NCBI GenBank assembly: GCA_022605425.2
Contig: JAKIMF020000005.1
Span: 1,400,917 to 1,464,916 of the forward strand
Direction of reading: 5' to 3'
Length of the DNA stretch: 64,000 nt
From: Hamiltosporidium tvaerminnensis FI-OER-3-3
Lineage: Eukaryota; Fungi; Microsporidia
Shown here: one piece after another, positions 44,201 to 54,589 of the stretch
How positions within the stretch are numbered: position 1 is the first letter of the stretch
How the letters are laid out: each line of letters starts with the position of its first letter
Translations under genes and position numbers: made by a program
Notes under the pieces: model-generated
What the model saw: only the letters and a program-made list of their open reading frames with translations
What the model was told of the DNA's origin: nothing
The model's database searches: none

Positions 44201-45180
44201 CTATTTTCACAAACAAACTTAATTAATTATAATATAAGACTCATCTATAAATACATTTTGTTATCAATGTATCCTTGATTTTATTATTTCATTCATTTAA
44301 ATGAATTTCTGAAAAGTTTGAAATGAATTTCTAGCTTTACATACAAATAAGAAAAATATATATTAGTCATATATAAAAAACGAGTATTTAATTTAGTTTA
44401 AAATAAACCAAATTTATTTAAGGTTTACCTATCGCTAAAATAAAATAAAATATCTCGTAAAATATTCTATAATTCAAATATTATCTTTTATGTACGACTT
44501 CATAACCATTGTAACATTTAAAAGCATACAAAATTAAACTATTTTAGGAATAAGTTGTATAATTTTTTTTAAAAAACAGAAATGGGTTAAGAAAATTAAA
44601 ATTGATATACTTAGCGTTAAAACATCTATTTAAATTTGGTTTTATTATTCTATTACTATATAAACACATTTATGACTCAAGATATTTTATTTAGTATAAA
44701 TTTTATTAAACTTCAATTCTGTAAATCACTACCATATAATATATAATTTTTTAAAAAAAACTTAGCATTATTGATAAGAATCAATATACTTATAATAAAA
44801 ACAATTTAAGTCAGTCAAATAGGGCAAATATTAAAATAAAAACCATTTTTTTATATGGATATATTAAGGTGATTTAAATATTAACACAGCTAATATAGAT
44901 ATATGTATATGAATAATAAATGCATGTCTATATAAATATAGGCAATATTTAATATATTAGATTAAAAGCAATATTTTTACATTTCTCTTCTTTTCGCTTC
45001 AAAATAGCATACAAGATATTTTAAATACTTTTTCAGATCAAGTACTTTCTCTTCCTTAGCTTTATATTCTTTTAAAGCCAAAGAAGCAATCCATATATAA
45101 TAGGTGGCATTTTGCTCAATTTTCGGAAAGTACTAATATGAGGTTATTGAGAAATCAAAAGTTACTTCTGAATACCCTAT

Positions 45181-45321
45181 ATGATAAATGTCTCAATCAA
45201 TATATTGAAGGCTTTTAATAACAATTTCGGAAATTTTAATAAGGCTATATTTAGATCGAATACGACGTATTATGACCAAGATAAGAAATTATATTTAAAG
45301 GATGGTGATTATAGTTTTTAA
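45181..45321 (+). CDS. Small ORF W, 46 aa (MINVSINILKAFNNNFGNFNKAIFRSNTTYYDQDKKLYLKDGDYSF). A +1 shift at TTT-TAA would extend it to 45451 (89 aa).
   Basis: CCCTAT immediately precedes the ATG. Four paralogs have an identical 141-nt length with mostly synonymous or conservative changes. Below the ORF-track length cutoff. Confidence 0.5.
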   Translation: MINVSINILKAFNNNFGNFNKAIFRSNTTYYDQDKKLYLKDGDYSF

Positions 45322-47119
45322 TAGTTCCAATGTAATAAATAAACAAAAAAAAGAACCTAATACCTTACCTGCAAAAACTTCCAATTATGGTAAATGTTAT
45401 AAGTTTATTAAGGTTGGTCATTTAAAATGCTATAAGAATAAATACCATTAAAGCATATGCGTATTTTTAACGATTTAAAAATAAATAAAGAATTTTTTGA
45501 AAAATTACTAAAAATAAATAGCATTCATAATTATTCAAAAAAGTTGTAAAATTTTAAAAAAAAATTATTTTTTGAAGAAAAAAAAGCTAAACTTTTTAAA
45601 AATTATATGGGATGTGAAAAAATTGCTAAATTATAGATTTTTAAAAAACTTGATACCTAAATAAATATAAAATGAATCCATAAAAATAGTACACAATTCC
45701 AAAATTAAATGAAAAAATGTAGAAAACATAATAATTTATACATAGGTTTGAAAATATAAATAATACGCTTAAATCTATACAAAACATACAGAAAAAAATA
45801 GAACTGGCTTGAAAAAATAGTAACTAATAATAAAAGTTGTAAAATACTAAAGCATAAAAAATTTCAGAGATTCGAAAAAACAATATAATGTTTTTTAAAA
45901 CGTTTTTTTTTAAAATGTATAACAAAGAAAAAACATTTCTTTAAAATGTAAAATATACACAAAATAAAAAAATGTAAACATTAGGAACTTTTATAGGATC
46001 AAATTTTCAAAAAAAGACAATTTCTAAGTAACTTTGATTTAAATATTTAAACATCCACAGATAGAATAGAGATATTTTTAAACTCAAATGTGTAATTCAT
46101 CCAAAACCCTTCAGGGTTGGGGTGATCACTCTAAGAGATAATACGAATGAAATCAAATTAAAAAAAACTGTAAACTGAAAGCGAAACAAAATTAATAGCT
46201 GTTTTGATTCAGATTTATTCTCCGATCAACCTTTTTACTACACGTTTTTTACCCTAATCTACATTTTACTTCCCCCTAGGTTCCTTTCTTCCACTTTAAC
46301 CTTAAAAATGTATCTCTATATACCATACCACTACTGCAATCTGTCCCATTCAACGCAAATAAATTATTTCAGACCAAGTGTTTTATAAACATTACTCTTA
46401 AATACAGAATTTGAATACATAATTTACATTAAAAGAAAGATTACGAAACATACTAAAAACATCTACATAACTATATAAGTTAGAGTTTTCATTAATTTTT
46501 TTGTTTTAGGTTTTAGGATTACATGGAAAGGCAAGTTTTATTTTCTCCGTGACAACCGATTCGAATTTACACATTAAATTTTTTTTAGTAAAACATTTTT
46601 TTTTATTTTATTCTTATTTTTATACAAATTTATTTGCTGTAACAACTTTAGAAGAAATTCTTACGAAACTGTTTTTGATTATTATATCTACTATAATTGA
46701 ATTTACCTTAATTTTTCAAATTTTTGGAGTTTAGAATTATCTAACTTCACCAGAGTTATATTATTACAAAAAGAAATCTAAATATATTATTAGATAAATA
46801 ATAGTATTCCACAAATCCTTTTTAAATCTAAATTTGTGTCTTTTCATAGTTATAGAATCTAAGAAAAAGTAAATTTTCAAGCAAAATAAATTTAAAAGCA
46901 AAATAATTTTTATTTATAAAAATTTTAAGTAGAAAAGGATTGGTGGCAAACATTACAATCACATTATTACTCGTGAATTATTGACAAAACCAATTTTATA
47001 AGGAAAAACAAACATGGTTTCTTACGATAGGGTAGGAAAAAATAAAATCAACTTTTACATAAGAGAATTATTTTTCTCAATTAATTTCTATTTTTTTACC
47101 CCAAATTTTATTCAACAAG

Positions 47120-47950
47120 AATAAAAAAATTAGAGAAAAAGAAAGAAAATTAGCCAAGGAAAAAAGATTGTAGTTAGCGAAGAAAGATCTGTTCGACGAA
47201 AAAAGATTAGGAATTAAGTCAGGAGAATAAATCTGTTTTTGATGAGTAGATCGGGGCCAGCAAGTAAAAAAAATATTTTGGGAAAAAAGACAGTAGTTAG
47301 GGAAAAGATTCTGATTCGGAAAAAGATTTAAGATAGCGAAAAAAGGGTTATAAAGGAAGAAAATTACGTATGGGAAAGGAGAATTAGTTATAAAAACAGG
47401 TTGGGGAATGGTGTTTAGTTAAAGTGAAAAGGTTTGCTAAAGAAATAAAGTATTGGTTTTTAAAATGTAAAAAAGACCAAGGAAAGTTAAAATCTGTAGA
47501 AAAGAATCCGTTTTTAAGAAAAAGAACCGGCAGAAAGAAAATATCTAGTTGAGATCAATGGAGTCGGATAATTAATTGAATATTTGTTTTAAAGATACAA
47601 AATTTCAAAAAAGAAAGATATTTGAACAGAATAATTAAAAAAACTTGAGAAAAAAATAATTGTCTGAGAGGAAGAGCAAGTTTATGGCAAAAAGAAAATT
47701 AGGGCGGAAATAAATTACTTGACGAAAAAATATATTTAAAGATAAAATGATTTGGTCGTGGAAATGATGGAGCTTTTCGAGAATATATTTAAAATATAAA
47801 GAAATTTAGGGGAAAAAATATTCTGTTATGTAGAACAGGCGCAAGGGTAAAAAGAATCGAGGTAGGGAAATAATAATAATGTTGGAGAAAAATGTTTGGA
47901 TTGGGGGACTAAAAATTAGGGTAGGGAAAACTTTTTTGGAATGTATGAAA
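47120..47950 (+). repeat. Purine-rich degenerate short-period (~18 bp) repeat, possibly a decayed low-complexity coding repeat
   Basis: Recurring GAAAAAGAT-N9 units, e.g. GGAAAAGATTCTGATTCGGAAAAAGATTTAAGATAGCGAAAAAAG, with a strong G/A strand skew. No open frame. Confidence 0.5.
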
Positions 47951-48599
47951 TTAATTAGTTGAGTGAAAAAAATTTTTGCTATTTTTTAAAGCGTGATTGG
48001 TTTTTAGAAATATTTGATTCTGCTTATGCTCCTAAAATATTGTAGAGCAGAGCAAAAGTTTAAAGATTTTGGTTAGGGGAACTATTTTGGTCTAATTACA
48101 ATTAAATTCTTTCTTTTATTAATATTCAGCTGCTTTTTAATTTTTTTTAATTTTCATTTGGAAAATTCTTTTTTAAAACGTAAATATTATTGGTGCCAAA
48201 GTCCAAGAGTAGTTTTATCAGGAAAAAATTAAGAATTCTGCTAAATTCAAATTATTACGCGTAGAAAATTATTTAATATTAGGAGTTTACCGTTTTAAAA
48301 TTTTAGATGAATAAACTCAATACTTGTTTGTTTATTGTTAAAATTTTTTTTAATTAAAAATGATTAAAGCTTTGCATTTCGAAGCTCTTTTATTTTTATA
48401 TTCAAAAGAAATGTCGCTATTTTATTCATAAGGGTTTTTAATGTAAAAACAATGTCTGGATATTTTACTTACTTGGATAAAAGTACGAAAATCATAAAAA
48501 ACTTTAAAAAAGCGATTTCAATAGAGATTTAGGCATATATTCGTTCTATTTCTACTTATTGTATATTCTTACTAAAAGAGAAACTAAAATTTTCTATGC

Positions 48600-49620
48600 T
48601 CGAGCCAAAAAAAAGCCATTTTAATTTAATTTGAAAAGAATTGAAATATTTCATGCAAATCACAATAACTAGCTCAGAAAAGCAAAATTAAGAGTTAATT
48701 TATTAGAAAGTGCATAAAGCACTTAATACCATTCCAATTTAAAATTTTTGCTTCTACTGACCTGGGTGAGCGAAATACTTGAGAAATATAGTAAAGAAAA
48801 TAATATTTACCTAATCTGTAGCAGTGAAATACTTGAGAAAGTTAGTTTAGAAAAACATTAAAGAAATATACGTTTCGATTAACTTTTCAATGTCTTTATA
48901 TAAGTTCTGTAACATAGCTAGCAACAAAGTATGTAATACCTTTAGAAAGATGAAACAAACACATTTATTTATATAGAAATGTAAATATATAAGAATCACA
49001 CATATGCAAAATATTATAAAAGACCTATTGTTTTAGATTGTGATTGAATTAAGCACTTAAAATCATACAATCAAAATTGTAGATATTGTAAACAATAAAT
49101 TACGGTTGTTCGTAAAATGATTAAAGATTTTTTTGAACAGTATTTTGATATAATTTCATTGTAGTGGGTAAATATTTCCAAACGACTTTTCTAACTAAAT
49201 AGGTAGTGTTGTCCTAGTATTTGGCTCATTGCCTTAAAGTTCTTTTAAATACAATTGATGTTGTTCGTAAGTGTATCTTAGCATATTAAAGTGATTAAAA
49301 CCATGCATTTCGAATTCTTTGATTTTTTAACAAAATCGATTGTTGTTCAGGACATCTATATTGAAGCAAGTATAGAATTACGTAAATAAATTTGCATAAG
49401 TCTTTCTATAATCCAGCAATTAGGATATACAGATGCAGCAAATTTAGCTGCAAATATTACAGAGAATGGATATCTGTGAACGGTGACATTTGGTATATTT
49501 GGCTTCCACTTCAGTACAGTCATAGCTCTTGTAGTTTAAAGGATGAAGAGCTTTTCCTATAGAGCATCCGATATTTCAAACATATTCTTGAAGGTAATCC
49601 GTAGAAGATGCTACAAAATG
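48600..49620. pseudogene. Decayed coding-like patch, strand and family unresolved
   Basis: Locally higher GC. Protein-like fragments occur on both strands (minus: KLQEL*LY..PFTDIHSL*YLQL, LRR-like; plus: QQLGYTDAANLAANITENGYL). No paralog in the window is available to test the frame. Confidence 0.25.
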
Positions 49621-50762
49621 AAAAACCCTTGCCTATTTATACTTTTAAATTTTTTTACAATCAATGTCACATAGAATCAAATTTCATTTAATTCGTTCAG
49701 TATCTTGATAGATATTCTTCCAAAGAAATCTATCTAATTACAATATGAGTTAACTCAAGTCACAATTGTTAATTATACCATCCACTGTTTACCCTTCTAA
49801 ACCATTTTAATGTATAACAATACTTATTTAAATTATGTTCTTGGCTTCTTTTAAATCATACTAAGATATTTTTATTAGTATATTCCTACATATATAATTT
49901 TCTTCATATTCTATTTCATATCTGAATTTATAACTTGCATAAATTTAAATAAAAAAGAAAGAAATTATAAAAATAGCTGTAAAATGAATTAATTTCAAAC
50001 AATGTATTATCTAAAAAAAATTTATTGTTTAATACGTATATAGATATATTTAAAATAATTGCTACATGGAATCTTCTAAATTAGTAATAATAATTTAAAA
50101 AAAATTAAAATATTTATTTGTTAAGATGCATATCATTTAACTAAAGTTTTATTTTTATCAAAAGTACTAAAACCAGGAAAGCTTTGGATGAGCGAATATA
50201 CATTCACTAAAATTCTAATTTTTTATTCTTTATTGTAATATTGTCAGTATGAGAAAAGGCACATTATTTATTCTCTGTTTTCTTTAAAATCAATATAAAT
50301 AAAATAGTATTCAAACAAAAAGAAGCATATAGACCTATGAGTTTGGAATTTTTTTAACGCAAAAAGTACTAAAAAATATACATTTAAAAATATTTCTTCA
50401 AAACAGCATTACCTTTAAATTTTTCGAAAATATAAAATATGTTTAATCTTCTAACACAAACCAAAAAATGATATAAGATAATATATAATACAAACTTTGT
50501 ATTGAGTCCAAACGGCTTATTTAAGCGTTAATAGCTCAAAACATTGATTTAGGATTTTGTAATAAGAAGAACACATTTTATCAAGAAGAAAACAATTCAA
50601 TCATAGAGAACAATTCACTCATATATCATGAGGAACAAATAAATTTTCTTAAAGTTTAAAAGAAATAGTCGAGCAAATATACAAAAGTAATGTTTTTTGA
50701 TGTAAAGTAAATAAAATCTATTAATTTTTAAAATTATAACTTATAAATTCAATTATATTATT

Positions 50763-50774
50763 TTATCTTTTTCT
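50763..50774 (+). repeat. Left copy of target-site duplication TTATCTTTTTCT
   Basis: Identical 12-mer at 54578-54589. Confidence 0.9.
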
Positions 50775-50775
50775 C

Positions 50776-53700
50776 ATGGGTAGAAAGAAAAATGTTAGCA
50801 GCGAAATATCGAATAATACCAAAATAAAGGCTGCAAACGACGCTGATGAGGTGAAAAAGAGTGATAGTGAGATACAAAAATGTAAGCTACACCCACCGGC
50901 GATTCCCCTACCTTCCTCCTCCTACACAACAATAACACCTCCACCACAAAGCCAAACATGCAGTAAAATGCAAAATAGTGGGCTTGACACCTTACCTTCG
51001 CCTAATGCACCAGTTCCCTCTTCTGTTGAAGTCTCTGCGTGCGAGCCATCGTACGACATGACAAGCCCCTGTACTCTAGCTATTCCGGAAGGTAACAGGC
51101 TAATGGCATTGCGGACGATATTCGATTCCGTAACAGCCGACCCGAAGGAATGGCCTCGAATTGTTTTTTTTGCAGTACAGACAAGGTTTGAAAGAATGCC
51201 AAGAAATGGCTGGACAGAGCTTCACAGGTACTATAATGAGAAATTCGGCTGCACTGAAACTCTCGAAGTGTTAAAAAAATTGGCACAAAGTGAGATGGGA
51301 AAGGATGTAAAATCAGAAGAGAATGGAGAGCGACGTAGAATCGCCACTTGTCTCGCTGATACATGCACCTTGACCGACACCACGGAGTACATAAACCTGA
51401 GAGATAAATTCTTGAGTAAAATCAAAGAAATCTCTGAGAACGAAATTGGAAAAGTGGTGGTCCGAACTAGAAAACATCCAAATGAATTGGTTGATAGTAA
51501 AGTTCTGGATCTCATAAATCGAGTAGTCGGTGAATATGCAGGAGCTCATGTACCTGAGTCAATTACGGAAGCCGCGTATATCATGCAAGCTGCGCAGGTA
51601 TGCTATGACGAGGCAACACGTAAAGAGAAGCCTAGATCCGCTTGGAAGGAACACATAGAAAGTAAAATTTCTAAGTTAGTACTTTCCAAAGATCTCCTCG
51701 AGAAAGCTCGTAAGCAGGAAAAGCTCTCCACTTCGGAAACGAAGAGCCTTAAGAAAATCATGCGAGAGTTTAATTTAAACTTGAGCAGCGTAACTGATCT
51801 TTCCGAGGCTTTAGTTAAGAAGAATGAGTCTTTGAATGTTTACGAGAAAAAAATTACGATGCATGAAAGTAGGAAGCAATTCCGAAAAGAGAATCGTATG
51901 TTTGAGCTTTTCCGAGGTCGATTTTATCGTGGGTTATCCGAGCGTGTGGAATCCGAGCATGTGGTTAGCCGTGATGAAATTGTGAGTTTTTGGTCTACAA
52001 TGTGGAACAAAAATGATGACACAGTCACGTACGATGATTATTTGATTCCATTTGTATCAGATAATCATCCGACCACGTTTCCTTCACTTGATGAATTTGT
52101 GAATATCATTAATTGGCTCCCTAATTGGAAAGCTGCTGGAATTGATGGTATTTACAATTTTTTCATTAAGAAACTTACAACTCTTCACAAATATCTTTAT
52201 GATATTGTGAAAGTTATATGTTTAGAAGGAACACCTCAAGCTGATTGGTTTTACTGCGGGCTTACGTATTTGATACCGAAAGGAATTCCACGAAGAGGCT
52301 CTGACTACAGGCCAATCACTTGTATGTCCAACCTCTATAAGTTAACGACAAAGTGTGTAACGAAAGTCGTTCAACTTGAAGTGGAAAGGCGAGGGTTGCT
52401 TGCAGAGAACCAACTAGGGGCGGTAAGAGGTGTGCAGGGAGCGAAAAAGCAGGCTCTACTGAATATTGCCTTAAATAAAGAGTATGGAAATAATCTTAAG
52501 GCAACATGGATTGATGTTAAAAAAGCTTATGATTCAATAGATCATGCTTATTTAACTCAATGCATTGAAAACCTTAATTTACCTGATTGGATCCTGAAAT
52601 TTATTAAGGTAATTATATCAAAATGGAAAATTGATATATCAGTAGGGCCTGAAAAAATCATGAGCAAGAAGATTGATAGAGGGATTCTACAAGGAGATAG
52701 TCTGTCACCTTTGTTATTTGTGTTGTGTATGGATCCATTAAGCCGAAAGCTTAATGAAAAATACACAAAAGTGACAGTACAAACAGATGCAGAATCCCAT
52801 TCTACTAATCATCTCTTGTTTATTGATGATCTTAAGCTCCTTGCAAAAGACAGCTCCACATTGAGTGCTATGACAGGCGAGGCAAAGGAATTTTTAGAGG
52901 TGATTGGCTTAGAGATTAACAAAGAGAAGTCAGCCACAAATGATATGTGTTGTGAAGATACTGCTACTCTTCTAGAAGGTGTTAGTGTTTACAAATATTT
53001 AGGAATAATAGAAGATAGCAGAGGAATCCCAACACGTAGCTCATTTGAAGAAGTACAGAGCAAACTTATATCAAGAGTTGAAAGACTTTGTCACACTAGA
53101 TTAAACGCAAAAAATTTATTTTCTGCAATCAATCAACATGCGATATCGTTAATCAACTACCACATAGGAGTACTTCGACTTGAACCGGCTGACTTCTCTA
53201 AGTTAGATGATGCAGTGCGTGCGGTGTTGGTTAAAAATAAGATACATCTCCGCCCAGGATGTAAAGAGCGGTTGTATCTTCCTAGAACAGAACTTGGAAG
53301 AGGCCTACATAGTGTTGAGTTGAGAAGCGAACATATGCTTCTGCAACTCTTGGATTGTCTGGAAAAAAGTAAAGAAATATCAACTAGACGAGCAGCAATC
53401 CTCAAGGTGGAGAATAATAATAAAACCCATCTTGCACTAATAAAAGGCTTCTTAAAAGTAAAGTACAGGTTGGTAGAAGAAGTCACTAAGAAAAGTTTAG
53501 AAGAAGCTCAACTTGCAAAACTATATAACGAAATAGAAAAACGAAAACTCCATTCAAAGTTATATAATGCAAGAAAAAATGAGCTTGTGAGTGTTAGTGA
53601 CTCTTCAAGGTGGCTAAAGAGAGGAAATATTAGGCCACGAAATGAAGCTGTGTTCTGCTATATCCAGGATAGAAATGTATTCTGGGGAGCAGATGGTGTG

Positions 53701-54537
53701 TGTCAACATTGCGGGAAGTCTGGTAAGACTGTGGATCATCTAGCAACTAGATGTGAAAAAATGCTAGGCCATGATTACACTAGACGGCATAATGAAGTGG
53801 TTAGATGCCTACACCTTCTTCTTCTAAATAGATATAAGTTTAAGTCTTCAAAACGAATAAGGAGCCACTCAGTTCAAGAAATTCTTGATAATGAGTATGC
53901 AGAGATAAGAGTGGACACCAGAATTAAAACTGATGTTAAAATTCGGAATAACAGACCGGACATATTTATTTTAGATAAGAAGAAGAATAAGATAACACTC
54001 ATTGAAGTAGGAATCACTTCCCAAGATTCACTTCAAATAGTTGAAACTGAAAAACTTAGGAAGTATGACCTGCTAGCCAATGAGTTGGGTCTTATTTATA
54101 GGTGTAGTGTTGAGATAATCCCTTATGTGATGACCTGGGACGGTATTGTGACAAAATACCATAAATCTCATCTTAAAAGACTAGAAATACCCATGAATGT
54201 AGAGGCATACATTCAGTATATAGTACTTAAGAAAACAGTCGAAACAATTTCCTTTGATCGACGAAGAGGACTTGAGTCAGGACTAAATGCCGAAGAGAGC
54301 TGGGAGAGAGCGTCAATGGGTGTTATTATGAGATCAGAGATGCATGAGGAACCAATACCCCCTTTAAAAGAAGCGAAAAGAGAGGAAGATGGTGTTAAAA
54401 TTTTAAAACCAAAAAATAATACACCCCTTATTTCACAAGGAGGAACCACTCTGGAGGAACCGACCAATAACATAAATGAAGAGTCGGATTTGGAAGAAGA
54501 AACAATAGTGGTTAAAGAGGTAGAAGAAAACATATAA
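50776..54537 (+). CDS. Single ORF of an RLE-type non-LTR retrotransposon (R4/Dong/NeSL-like): N-terminal Myb-like region, reverse transcriptase, CCHC zinc knuckle, restriction-like endonuclease
   Basis: Uninterrupted 1253-aa ORF. RT motifs WKAAGIDG, DYRPITCMSNLYK, WIDVKKAYDSIDH, GILQGDSLSPLLF, LLFIDDLKL and YKYLGI. Zinc knuckle CQHC-x8-H-x4-C, then RHN, and PD-(D/E)xK nuclease motifs RPD...IEVG...EKLRKY. GC content is visibly higher than in the flanks. Confidence 0.97.
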   Translation: MGRKKNVSSEISNNTKIKAANDADEVKKSDSEIQKCKLHPPAIPLPSSSYTTITPPPQSQTCSKMQNSGLDTLPSPNAPVPSSVEVSACEPSYDMTSPCTLAIPEGNRLMALRTIFDSVTADPKEWPRIVFFAVQTRFERMPRNGWTELHRYYNEKFGCTETLEVLKKLAQSEMGKDVKSEENGERRRIATCLADTCTLTDTTEYINLRDKFLSKIKEISENEIGKVVVRTRKHPNELVDSKVLDLINRVVGEYAGAHVPESITEAAYIMQAAQVCYDEATRKEKPRSAWKEHIESKISKLVLSKDLLEKARKQEKLSTSETKSLKKIMREFNLNLSSVTDLSEALVKKNESLNVYEKKITMHESRKQFRKENRMFELFRGRFYRGLSERVESEHVVSRDEIVSFWSTMWNKNDDTVTYDDYLIPFVSDNHPTTFPSLDEFVNIINWLPNWKAAGIDGIYNFFIKKLTTLHKYLYDIVKVICLEGTPQADWFYCGLTYLIPKGIPRRGSDYRPITCMSNLYKLTTKCVTKVVQLEVERRGLLAENQLGAVRGVQGAKKQALLNIALNKEYGNNLKATWIDVKKAYDSIDHAYLTQCIENLNLPDWILKFIKVIISKWKIDISVGPEKIMSKKIDRGILQGDSLSPLLFVLCMDPLSRKLNEKYTKVTVQTDAESHSTNHLLFIDDLKLLAKDSSTLSAMTGEAKEFLEVIGLEINKEKSATNDMCCEDTATLLEGVSVYKYLGIIEDSRGIPTRSSFEEVQSKLISRVERLCHTRLNAKNLFSAINQHAISLINYHIGVLRLEPADFSKLDDAVRAVLVKNKIHLRPGCKERLYLPRTELGRGLHSVELRSEHMLLQLLDCLEKSKEISTRRAAILKVENNNKTHLALIKGFLKVKYRLVEEVTKKSLEEAQLAKLYNEIEKRKLHSKLYNARKNELVSVSDSSRWLKRGNIRPRNEAVFCYIQDRNVFWGADGVCQHCGKSGKTVDHLATRCEKMLGHDYTRRHNEVVRCLHLLLLNRYKFKSSKRIRSHSVQEILDNEYAEIRVDTRIKTDVKIRNNRPDIFILDKKKNKITLIEVGITSQDSLQIVETEKLRKYDLLANELGLIYRCSVEIIPYVMTWDGIVTKYHKSHLKRLEIPMNVEAYIQYIVLKKTVETISFDRRRGLESGLNAEESWERASMGVIMRSEMHEEPIPPLKEAKREEDGVKILKPKNNTPLISQGGTTLEEPTNNINEESDLEEETIVVKEVEENI

Positions 54538-54577
54538 AAATGTTAAAATATTTTAACCCAGAATTTTATTAAATAAA
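54538..54577 (+). promoter_or_regulatory. Retroelement 3' UTR with palindrome and polyadenylation-signal-like end
   Basis: Perfect 16-bp palindrome GTTAAAATATTTTAAC at 54542-54557. The element ends in ATTAAATAAA (overlapping ATTAAA/AATAAA). Confidence 0.55.
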
Positions 54578-54589
54578 TTATCTTTTTCT
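54578..54589 (+). repeat. Right copy of target-site duplication TTATCTTTTTCT
   Basis: Identical 12-mer at 50763-50774. Confidence 0.9.

Larger units (their letters stand above)
40780..45750 (+). repeat. Repeated module, complete X-Y-Z-W copy
   Basis: Collinear over about 5 kb with 57830-62850, with many identical 15-25-mers (e.g. AAATGAATTTCTGAAAAGTTTGAAA at 44299 and 61281). Confidence 0.9.
50775..54577 (+). mobile_element. Non-LTR retrotransposon insertion, bounded by a 12-bp target-site duplication, inserted into segment Z of a repeated module
   Basis: TTATCTTTTTCT at 50763-50774 and 54578-54589. Joining the two flanks restores a sequence collinear with the uninterrupted paralog at about 19900-20200. 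Confidence 0.93.

Noticed and set aside
40780-45750. Alternative genetic code explaining the stop codons
   Set aside because: All three stop codons and many indels interrupt the frames, and the retroelement ORF reads cleanly in the standard code.
46098-46135. Helitron 3' end (hairpin + CTRR)
   Set aside because: CTAA is followed by G rather than T, and no 5' TC end or Rep/helicase relic was found.
2782-46734. Short 60-104 aa track ORFs rich in F/I/L/K/Y
   Set aside because: Mostly non-ATG starts, with the composition expected from random AT-rich or repeat DNA. Only 41051-41248 is supported by paralog conservation.
51080-54533. Six minus-strand ORFs inside the retroelement
   Set aside because: Antisense shadows of the long ORF with no recognisable motifs.
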